NCBI GenBank assembly: GCA_963732095.1
Contig: CAVSZA010000022.1
Coordinates: forward strand, 117,167-181,166
Direction of reading: 5' to 3'
From: an uncultured Alphaproteobacteria bacterium
Lineage (GTDB): Bacteria > Pseudomonadota > Alphaproteobacteria > ATCC43930 > CGMCC-115725
DNA: 64,000 bases
Made by a program: the position numbers and the translations under genes. The notes below the pieces were generated by a model. The model did no database searches, was not told where the DNA came from, and was given only the letters and a program-made list of their open reading frames with translations. Within the stretch, counting starts at the first letter, position 1. Each line of letters begins with the position of its first letter. Shown here one piece after another: positions 27,449 through 34,890 of this stretch.

Positions 27449-27931
27449 ATGGATCAGGTAAGCGGCAGCGCAGCCGGGCCCAAGACCGGCAAGGCTCTCG
27501 GGTGTATTGCAGCGGCGCTGCTATTTGCCGCCGCGATTGGCCTGCCGCAGGCGGCCGATGCCGCACATGGTGGCGGTGGCGGCGGTGGCTTCCATGGCGG
27601 TGGCGGCGGATTTCACGGCGGCGGCGGTGGCTTCCATGGCGGTGGCTTCCATGGCGGCGGGTTTCACGGCGGCGGCTTCCATGGCGGATTTCACGGCGGC
27701 GGGTTCCACCGCGGCTTTGGCGTCGGGTTTGGATTGGGGGGTCTCTACGCACCCTACGGTTACGGTTGGGATTATTCTTATCCCTACGATGACACTTACG
27801 GCTATCCGGACTATGGCTACTACCAGCAGCCCTACGCTACGCAGTATTGGTATTACTGCTCCAACCCCGCTGGCTATTACCCGTATGTGAGCCAGTGCAA
27901 TACCGGCTGGCAGACGGTCCCGGCAAGCTGA
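27449..27931 (+). CDS. secreted Gly/His/Phe-repeat protein with Tyr-rich two-Cys C-terminal motif
   Basis: GGATGGAG before ATG 27449. Signal peptide ...ALGCIAAALLFAAAIGLPQAADA. Mature protein AHGGGGGGGFHGGGGGFHGGGGGFHGGGFHGGGFHGGGFHGGFHGGGFHRGFGVGFGLGG, then YAPYGYGWDYSYPYDDTYGYPDYGYYQQPYATQYWYYCSNPAGYYPYVSQCNTGWQTVPAS. Confidence 0.75.
   Translation: MDQVSGSAAGPKTGKALGCIAAALLFAAAIGLPQAADAAHGGGGGGGFHGGGGGFHGGGGGFHGGGFHGGGFHGGGFHGGFHGGGFHRGFGVGFGLGGLYAPYGYGWDYSYPYDDTYGYPDYGYYQQPYATQYWYYCSNPAGYYPYVSQCNTGWQTVPAS
27566..27709 (+). repeat. degenerate in-frame tandem repeat (12-27 bp units) encoding H-G(n)-F
   Basis: Successive units cat/cac-(ggc/ggt/ggg)n-ttc/ttt encode nine His separated by 2-7 Gly plus Phe. 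The units are contiguous with no spacers and lie wholly inside the CDS. Confidence 0.85.
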
Positions 27932-27959
27932 GTTATCAGCCGCGCGGGTGACGCTCGCG

Positions 27960-29252
27960 CTACTCGGCGGCGTTTTTGCCGCCGTAGCGGCGCATGCGCA
28001 GGTCGGCTTGCTCCTTGTGGCCCCAGAAGCGTTCGATGGCGCAGAGGCGGCTGCAATATTCGCCGACCATCGCGCTGGCCTCGGGCGTCTTGATCTCCTG
28101 ATAGGTGCAGGTCTTCAGGAACTTGCCGACCCAGAGGCCGCCGGTGTAGCGCGCGGCGCCTCTGGTCGGCAGCGTGTGGTTCGTGCCGATCACCTTGTCG
28201 CCATAGGACACGTTGGTCTCGGGGCCGAGAAACAGGGCGCCGTAGTTCTCCAGCCTTTCCAGATAGCGGCGCGGCTGAGATGTCAGCACCTCCACATGCT
28301 CGGCGGCGATACGGTCGGCCTCCGCGACCATCTCGTCCTCGTCGGCGCAGAGAATAACCTCGCCGTAGTCGCGCCAGGCCACTCCCGCGATGTCGGCGGT
28401 GCGCAATTGGGTGAGCTGCCTGTCGATTTCGGCGATCGCGGCATGGGCCAGGTTTTCCGAGGTGGTCAGGAGGGTCGCCGGCGAGGTCGGGCCGTGCTCG
28501 GCCTGACCCAACAGGTCGGTCGCGCACATCTCAGCGTCGGCGGTCTCGTCGGCGATGACCAGGATCTCGGTCGGCCCGGCGAAGAGGTCGATGCCAACCC
28601 GGCCGTAGAGCTGGCGCTTGGCCTCGGCGACATAAGCATTGCCGGGCCCCACCAGCATGTCGACCGGCCTGAAGCTCGCGGTGCCGAGCGCCATCGCCGC
28701 GACTGCCTGGACGCCGCCCAATACCTGGATGTCGTCGGCGCCGCCGAGATGCATCGCGGCGATCGTCTCGGGATGCGGGCCGCCCTGGTTCGGCGGCGTG
28801 CAGGCGGTGATGTGTCCGACGCCGGCGACGCGCGCCGTCACGATGCTCATATGCGCCGAGGCGACCATCGGATAGCGGCCGCCCGGCACATAGCACCCGA
28901 CGCTGCCGACCGGGATGTGCCGGTGCCCGAGCACGACCCCCGGCAATGTCTCAACCTCGACATCGCGCATCGAGGCGCGCTGGATCTCGGCGAAATGGCG
29001 GACCTGCGCCTGCGCGAATTTGATGTCCTCGATCGTCTGCGGCGCGACCTTGGCGACCAGTGCCGCAACCTCGTCCTCGGCGAGGCGGAAGCGCGGCGGC
29101 GACCATTTATCGAACCGCTCGGACATTTCGCGCACCGCGGCGTCGCCCCGTTTGGCAACATCGGCAATGATGGTTTCGACCGTATTGCGGATCTTGGCGT
29201 CGGCCTCTTCCTGCTGGCCGGCCAACGCCGCCCTCTTGATGTGCCGGGACAT
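27960..29252 (-). CDS. histidinol dehydrogenase family protein (HisD-like paralogue)
   Basis: 430 aa. [94 protein letters not shown] are HisD-family motifs. It stands alone with no other his genes nearby, so the substrate is uncertain. Confidence 0.8.
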   Translation of the reverse strand: MSRHIKRAALAGQQEEADAKIRNTVETIIADVAKRGDAAVREMSERFDKWSPPRFRLAEDEVAALVAKVAPQTIEDIKFAQAQVRHFAEIQRASMRDVEVETLPGVVLGHRHIPVGSVGCYVPGGRYPMVASAHMSIVTARVAGVGHITACTPPNQGGPHPETIAAMHLGGADDIQVLGGVQAVAAMALGTASFRPVDMLVGPGNAYVAEAKRQLYGRVGIDLFAGPTEILVIADETADAEMCATDLLGQAEHGPTSPATLLTTSENLAHAAIAEIDRQLTQLRTADIAGVAWRDYGEVILCADEDEMVAEADRIAAEHVEVLTSQPRRYLERLENYGALFLGPETNVSYGDKVIGTNHTLPTRGAARYTGGLWVGKFLKTCTYQEIKTPEASAMVGEYCSRLCAIERFWGHKEQADLRMRRYGGKNAAE

Positions 29253-29321
29253 TCATTCCTCCTATTCGAGCAGTGAAGGCTAAAAAAAAATGGTTCCAGC
29301 CGTGAAACATCTCACACTGCT

Positions 29322-29593
29322 GAGCGGCCATTCGAACTTCAGCAACGCGGCGCCCTGCGGCTTGTTGACCGAGAAATAGGGCGAGTTGTTCACGTTGAGC
29401 CGGCCGAGATTGCCCTGCACGTTCGCGCTCAGCGAAACTTTCGGGGCCAGAGCGGAGCGTGCGGCCGCGGTCTCGGCATCCGTCGCGCGCAGCTTCGCCA
29501 CGTCGGCGAGCAGGTCGAGCCGCCGCCACAGCGACGCGCGTCGCCGGGTTGCAGCGCTGGGCGATAATCGATCAGCTTGACGAGCGAATAGAC
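29322..29593 (-). pseudogene. decayed fragment of an outer-membrane efflux factor gene, paralogous to 33376..34890
   Basis: 29322-~29531 aligns near-identically with 33760-~33970 (ORF 29280..29501 reads AKLRATDAETAAARSALAPKVSLSANVQGNLGRLNVNNSPYFSVNKPQGAALLKFEWPL against the intact gene's AKLRATDAEIVAARSALAPKV...KFEWPL). 29529-29593 aligns with 34595-34659. About 0.62 kb internal to the intact gene is absent, and both gene ends are missing. Confidence 0.8.
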
Positions 29594-29636
29594 GTCAATT
29601 CATGGGTTTTCCTCGGATGAGTACATCTGCAACAAG

Positions 29637-29649
29637 GACATAGATACAC
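29637..29649. repeat. 13-bp direct repeat GACATAGATACAC, left copy
   Basis: Exact match to 30494-30506. The two copies bracket the truncated transposase gene, and the bases on both sides of each copy differ. Confidence 0.9.
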
Positions 29650-29656
29650 TCTTCAT

Positions 29657-30481
29657 TTGGGTTTCGACCTCGCCAACACGGTCTATGCGCTCGACTCGAC
29701 GACCATCGATCTTTGCTTGGCGGTCTTTCCGTGGGCGCATTTCCGCACGACCAAGGCGGCGGTCAAGATGCACACGCTATTGGACTTACGCGGTAATATC
29801 CCGAGCTTCATCCACGTCTCGGATGGCAAGCTGCACGACGTTCACGCGCTCGACTTGCTGCTCCCAGAGGCGGGCGCGATATACGTCATGGATCGCGGCT
29901 ATGTCGATTTCGCCCGACTCCATGTGCTGCACCTGGCCGGAGCCTTCTTCGTCACCCGCGCCAAATCGAACATGGATGCCCATCGGGTCTATTCGGCCCC
30001 GACTGACCGTACGACCGGCATCATCTGCGATCAGGCCATCGCTTTGGACGGTCACTATACCAGCCAGCATTACCCCGAACGCCTCCGGCGCATCCGCTTC
30101 CGGGACGCCGAAACGGGAAAGAGACTGGTGTTCCTCACCAACCAGTTCGGCTTGCCGGCCACGACGATCTGCGCGCTCTACAAAGGCCGCTGGCAGGTCG
30201 AGCTGTTCTTCAAATGGATCAAACAGCACTTGCGGATCAAACGCTTCTTCGGGACATCCGAAAATGCCGTGAAGACGCAAATCTGGATCGCCGTCTCAGT
30301 CTACGTCCTCGTCGCCATTATCAAGAAGCGGCTCGCCCTGGACGCCTCGCTCTACACATTGCTACAGATCCTCTCGGTCACCCTCTTCGAGAAAATCCCG
30401 ATACATCAAGCACTTGCTCGCGACAATTTCAGATGCGATACTTTGCAAATAACTAACCAATTGAATCTATTCGCTTATTGA
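29657..30481 (+). mobile_element. IS4-family (DDE) transposase gene fragment, 5'-truncated
   Basis: 274 aa: LGFDLANTVYALDSTTIDLCLAVFPWAHFRTTKAAVKMHTLLDLRGNIPSFIHVSDGKLHDV...YVMDRGYVDFARL...FFVTRAKSN...YKGRWQVELFFKWIKQHLRIKRFFGTSENAVKTQIWIAVSVYVL. Full-length relatives carry roughly 100 more N-terminal residues. Here the frame opens only at 29621 with no credible start, and I could identify no terminal inverted repeats. Local GC is visibly lower. Confidence 0.8.
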
Positions 30482-30493
30482 CCGGACAGCAGT

Positions 30494-30506
30494 GACATAG
30501 ATACAC
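30494..30506. repeat. 13-bp direct repeat GACATAGATACAC, right copy
   Basis: Exact match to 29637-29649. Lies 12 bp after the transposase stop codon. Confidence 0.9.
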
Positions 30507-30662
30507 AATTCAAGCTGCACCAATATTTCGTTACCAGCGGAAGACGTTCCATTCTTAGCTAAGAACCAACTTATCCTTATGCACATCACTCCTGCCGAAG
30601 CCATGGCCAAGATCACTCTTCAATGATTTGGCATCACGGATCGTTTCATTGGGCAGCCGACG

Positions 30663-31289
30663 TCAGAATTGCCTTGCCAGTTCGGCGGCCTCCTTTTTGC
30701 CGGCATCGATCATGTCGACCGCAAGGCCATCCCACGTATGTTCGAGCGTGAGCGTCACGACTTCCCTGACACCGATAAATCGCAACCAGAATTCGACATA
30801 CCCGCTCAGATACTGGAACCCGGGCTGCGGAACTGTTTCAAATCCGGCCTCGTCGCTTTGCCCTCGAACGAAGGCGACAAACGCCTTATCGATGTCGAGC
30901 GAGGGGCCGTAGCGCTTACGGTCAAACGTAAACAACATATTGCGCTGACAAGTCAGGTCGATCAGTTGCTTCAGTTTGTAAGGGAAAGAGAAATTCCACA
31001 TCGGCACCCCCATGACGATGCGATCCGCCCTCTGGAAACGTGACGCGAGCTCGCGGATTTTCTTCCAAGCGGTGGCCTCGGCCGGTGTCATCGGCTCGCC
31101 CGAAACACCTTTATACTTCGCGTTTATCGTCTCCGCGTCGAACTCCGGAAGCCATTCCTGCCAGACATCCAGTGTGTCGACGACGATGTCATCTGCCTGC
31201 GTCATGTATTCGCGAAGAAAAGCGTCGACGAGCGCGCGCGAAGCAGATTTATCCTTCCGCGGCGAGGTTACTATGTTGAGGATACGCAT
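30663..31289 (-). CDS. azoR: FMN-dependent NADH-azoreductase / flavodoxin-like-fold NAD(P)H oxidoreductase
   Basis: MRILNIVTSPRKDKSASRALVDAFL..., RADRIVMGVPMWNFSFPYKLKQLIDL are AzoR/ACP-phosphodiesterase-type motifs. Confidence 0.8.
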   Translation of the reverse strand: MRILNIVTSPRKDKSASRALVDAFLREYMTQADDIVVDTLDVWQEWLPEFDAETINAKYKGVSGEPMTPAEATAWKKIRELASRFQRADRIVMGVPMWNFSFPYKLKQLIDLTCQRNMLFTFDRKRYGPSLDIDKAFVAFVRGQSDEAGFETVPQPGFQYLSGYVEFWLRFIGVREVVTLTLEHTWDGLAVDMIDAGKKEAAELARQF

Positions 31290-31315
31290 GATATCGCCCT
31301 TCGGCTGTAATGTTG

Positions 31316-32113
31316 TCAGGCCTGCTGTCCCGCGGCTTCGAGGATCAGGTGCGCGATTTCGTCAGGATGGGAGATCAGCGCGAGATGGCTCGCCTTCACC
31401 TCGATGGTCTTGGCGCCCATGCGCTTGGCCATGAATCGCTCGAGGTCCGGATTGATCGTGCGGTCCTCGGTCGAAACGGCGTAATAGCTCGCCTTTGATC
31501 GCCAGGCCGCGTTCGCGGTCTTGCCGGTGAGCAAGGCCTTGTGAAACGGCTGCTGCACTGCATAGAGCACCTTTGCTTTCGCTTCCGGCAGGTCGCCCGC
31601 GAAATCACGCAGGAAAGCCTCCTCGGAAAGGCGTCCCTGATCGCCGTCGAAGATGACGCCGGCCGTCGCCGGCGGCGGCGGATAGCTCTTGGCGAGCGCC
31701 GTGTAATCCTCGCCGGCATCCGGCGCGCGCGCCGCCACATAGACGAGCGCCGAGACGTTCGGATGCATGCCGGCCTCTGTGACGATCATGCCGGAGAAGG
31801 AATGGCCGACCAGAACCGTCGGGCCATCCTGCCGTGCCAGCACGCGCTCGGCCGAAGCGACCGCTTCAGGCAGCGTGGTCAGCGGATTTTGCACGGCGGT
31901 CACGTTGAGGCCGGCCGCCTGCAATCGCGCGATCACCTCGGACCAGCAGGAACCGTCGGCGAACAGCCCATGCACGAGCACGACGTTGCGGGCCATCGGC
32001 GGAGTTTCGTTTGCGGCCATGCCGCGAGTGGAGATCAGCGAGGCCGCTGCGCCGGCAAGAGCGGTCGAAAAAGTGCGTCTGTTCATCATCATGATGTCTC
32101 TTCGTTTGATCAT
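31316..32113 (-). CDS. alpha/beta hydrolase with Tat-type signal peptide
   Basis: The credible start is within MIKRRDIMMMNRRTFSTALAGAAASLISTRGMA (32113 or 32092). VVLVHGLFADGSCW and the nucleophile elbow VGHSFSG. The upstream part of ORF 31316..32203 is probably not translated. Confidence 0.8.
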   Translation of the reverse strand: MIKRRDIMMMNRRTFSTALAGAAASLISTRGMAANETPPMARNVVLVHGLFADGSCWSEVIARLQAAGLNVTAVQNPLTTLPEAVASAERVLARQDGPTVLVGHSFSGMIVTEAGMHPNVSALVYVAARAPDAGEDYTALAKSYPPPPATAGVIFDGDQGRLSEEAFLRDFAGDLPEAKAKVLYAVQQPFHKALLTGKTANAAWRSKASYYAVSTEDRTINPDLERFMAKRMGAKTIEVKASHLALISHPDEIAHLILEAAGQQA

Positions 32114-32397
32114 GAGCTGCTTTCGATTGTCCCCCTCGATCGCCACGCGGTCGCCGGGCCGATGATCGCTCCAAGCAGCTGGGTCGCGCGCTCCGCGGGA
32201 CACAGCTTCCCGCTTGCGCCCCAGACTGCGGCAGCTCGCGCCAGCCGCGAAGGCTGATCGCTTCCGCGCCGTGACGGATCTGACATAACGAACCTCCTTC
32301 GCTTGCTGCTGTCCTCTGGGAGCGAAGGTGGGAGGCCGTAATTGATTATAGGAACGATTTTTTATAATATGACTGATCGTAATTAGGGATCAAATCC

Positions 32398-33258
32398 GTG
32401 CTGGATTTCGAGCTGTTGCGCGCCTTCGTTGCCGTGGCTGATTGCGGCGGCTTCCATCGGGCGGCCGAACGGCTCAACCTGACGCAGTCGACGGTGAGCC
32501 AGCAGATCAAGCGGCTCGAGCAAGAGACCGAGCGTCCCTTGTTCCGGCGGACGACACGCAGCGTTACGCTGACGGATGACGGGGAGATGTTGCTCGGCGA
32601 CGCGCGTCGCCTGCTGCAACTCGAAGAAGCCGCCCGTCTGCGCCTGGCGGCGCCGCGCCTGTCCGGCACGGTGCGTCTTGGTGTGGTCGAGGAGGTCGCA
32701 GGCGGCTCGCTGCCTTCCGCCCTCGGTCGCTTCGCCGCGCTCCATCCCGGTGTGAAACTCGAGGTGCAGATCAGCGTCAGCGCGGAGTTGATCGAACAGC
32801 TCGATGCGGGACGGCTGGATGTGGTGTTCGCCAAGCGTCCGCTCGGAACGTCGAAAGGGCGTCTGGTGTGGCGAGAACCGCTGGTCTGGGCCGCGGCCGA
32901 CACGTTCGATCTCGTTCCCGGCGCAGCGCTGCCGCTGGCGCTCTATCGCGGCCGGTCGGTCTCACGCGAGGCAGCGTTGGCTGCGCTCCGAGACGTCGAG
33001 CTCACCTGGGAGATCGTCTACACCAGCCCGAGCCTGACAGGCGTGCGCGCGGCCGCGCTTGCGGGCCTCGCCATTACGCCGCTTCCGGCGAGCGCAGTCA
33101 TCGCAGGCTTGCGCATTCTCGATGCCGAGGAAGGCTTGCCGCGTCTACCCGATCTCGAGTTCGCCATCTACGAAAAAGCAAGGCCGGACAACGCCGCAGC
33201 GGCGCTCGCCGCAGCTCTGCTGGCGCTCGCGCAAAGCCCATGGCGCCCGACGATTTGA
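32398..33258 (+). CDS. LysR-family transcriptional regulator
   Basis: GTG start. MLDFELLRAFVAVADCGGFHRAAERLNLTQSTVSQQIKRLEQETERPLFRRTTRSVTLTDDG. Divergent from the hydrolase-azoR pair. Confidence 0.9.
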   Translation: MLDFELLRAFVAVADCGGFHRAAERLNLTQSTVSQQIKRLEQETERPLFRRTTRSVTLTDDGEMLLGDARRLLQLEEAARLRLAAPRLSGTVRLGVVEEVAGGSLPSALGRFAALHPGVKLEVQISVSAELIEQLDAGRLDVVFAKRPLGTSKGRLVWREPLVWAAADTFDLVPGAALPLALYRGRSVSREAALAALRDVELTWEIVYTSPSLTGVRAAALAGLAITPLPASAVIAGLRILDAEEGLPRLPDLEFAIYEKARPDNAAAALAAALLALAQSPWRPTI

Positions 33259-33375
33259 TATGGCCAAGTATTCAAACCCGCCCGAAGTCGGTTGTGAACG
33301 CGCCGAAAGCGGCCGTTCCATGGTACCCGATCGAACTGCGATAGGCTAGGCGCCAACCCGTTCCGCGCCGCAGCA

Positions 33376-34890
33376 TTATCGCGGTGTCGCAGTCGCGAAA
33401 TCCGTGCTTGACGTCAGTTCGCCCGTCGCGAAGGCAAGCGCCGCTGCGTTGATCAGCGACTGCGTGTGTGCTCGGGCCACCGCAGCGCGCGCCGTGGCGA
33501 GCCCCGTCTGCGCGGACGTTGCGTCGGTCAGTGTGCCGACGCCGTGCGCGTAGGAGCCGCTGGCGCTGTGGAAGGCGGCCTCGGATGCGGTCTGCAGTGC
33601 GATCGCGGCATCGTATTGCTGTAGCCCCGTATCGACCTGGTCGTAGGCGAGCGCCACCTCGCGCAAAGCCTGGTCGACGCGCTCATTCAGCCCGGCCGCG
33701 GCCTCTTCGCGCTTCGACTGGGCGAGGCTCAGCTTGTTCTGCAGCAATCCGCCTGTGTAGAGCGGCCATTCGAATTTCAGCAACGCGGCGCCCTGCGGCT
33801 TGTTGACGGAGAAATAGGGCGAGTTGTTCACGTTGAGCCGGCCGAGATTGCCCTGCACATTCGCGCTCAGCGAAACTTTGGGGGCCAGAGCAGAGCGTGC
33901 GGCCACGATTTCGGCATCCGTCGCGCGCAGCTTCGCCACGTCGGCGAGCAGGTCGGGCCGCCGCCGCAGCGCCTCGCTGAGCACGTCGTCGACAGTGCGT
34001 GCCGTGCGCTGTGGCAGCGGGTGCGCGGACGCGTCCGCCACGCGCAGCTTCGTGGTCGGCGGCAGGTCCATCGCCGCGAGCAGCGTGTACATCGCGTCGT
34101 GCTGCGCGGTATTGGCCTGCGCGAGATCGTACTGCGCCTGCGCCGTCGCGCGCCGGGCGAGCTGCACGTCAACGATGGTGTCGAGGCCACGGCCGAACAG
34201 CGCCTCGGCAGATTGCTGCACCACCTGCGCATCCGCCAAGCCTTGCTGCGCGGCGCGTACAGCGGCGTCGGCGCCGTCCAGCGTGAAATAGGCGCGGGCC
34301 ACGTTGAAGATCAGTTGCTGATGCGCCGCCGTGAACGCCACGTTCCCGGCGATCGAAAGCTGACCAGCCGCTTCGACTGCGGCTGCGCGGCCGCCGAAAT
34401 CGAGCAGCAGATAGTTTACGGCGAGTTGAGGTATAAACTCCTGAGCGTTGTAGATGATAAATCCTTGGGGAACGAAATTGCTGGGGAATGGTGTTACGAA
34501 GTGCTCCCAGCCGGCAACCGCGCTTGCCGTCAGCGCCGGAAGATAGGCGGCGCGCGCGATGCCGACATTGATCGCCGACTGCCGCGCCTGTTCCCAGGCG
34601 ACGCGCGTCGCCGGGTTGCGGCGCTGCGCGATATCGATCAGCTCGACGAGCGAATAGACATGGTTGGGGTCGATGTCGGCGGGCGACGGCAACTGGACTG
34701 CCGTGTTTTCTGGTACCGCGAACCGCCGGGCCCCGACAGCGGCGGTTGCAGGGGCTGTCGGCGCTTCTTTGGAGGCCTCGAATTGCCACGGGGTATCGGG
34801 CGAAGCCGGCGCGAGGTCGCGCGTGTCATTGCAGGCGCCGAGCAGCGCGCATCCGGCCAGGGCACTGCGTCGGAACCTAGCCGGTAGCAT
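33376..34890 (-). CDS. efflux transporter outer-membrane factor lipoprotein (NodT/OprM family)
   Basis: Lipobox region RSALAGCALLGAC. Two OEP repeats (YLPALTASAVAGWE..., ALAPKVSLSANVQGNLG...). Last gene of the efflux operon. Confidence 0.9.
   Translation of the reverse strand: MLPARFRRSALAGCALLGACNDTRDLAPASPDTPWQFEASKEAPTAPATAAVGARRFAVPENTAVQLPSPADIDPNHVYSLVELIDIAQRRNPATRVAWEQARQSAINVGIARAAYLPALTASAVAGWEHFVTPFPSNFVPQGFIIYNAQEFIPQLAVNYLLLDFGGRAAAVEAAGQLSIAGNVAFTAAHQQLIFNVARAYFTLDGADAAVRAAQQGLADAQVVQQSAEALFGRGLDTIVDVQLARRATAQAQYDLAQANTAQHDAMYTLLAAMDLPPTTKLRVADASAHPLPQRTARTVDDVLSEALRRRPDLLADVAKLRATDAEIVAARSALAPKVSLSANVQGNLGRLNVNNSPYFSVNKPQGAALLKFEWPLYTGGLLQNKLSLAQSKREEAAAGLNERVDQALREVALAYDQVDTGLQQYDAAIALQTASEAAFHSASGSYAHGVGTLTDATSAQTGLATARAAVARAHTQSLINAAALAFATGELTSSTDFATATPR

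Noticed and set aside
27388-27890. ORFs 27388..27792 (+), 27426..27752 (-), 27507..27890 (+), 27521..27709 (-) across the Gly/His repeat. Also considered whether the repeat could be a CRISPR array.
   Set aside because: They are alternate-frame readings of the GGC/CAT/TTC repeat (RRW.., MEA.. strings). The repeat units are 12-27 bp, contiguous with no spacers, and in frame within a signal-peptide-bearing CDS, so this is not a CRISPR.
29637-30506. Interpreting the 13-bp direct repeat as a classical IS4 target-site duplication marking an intact, mobile element.
   Set aside because: The transposase gene lacks its 5' part and I could not find terminal inverted repeats inside the repeats, so an intact IS bounded by a TSD is not supported. 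Reported as a junction feature instead.
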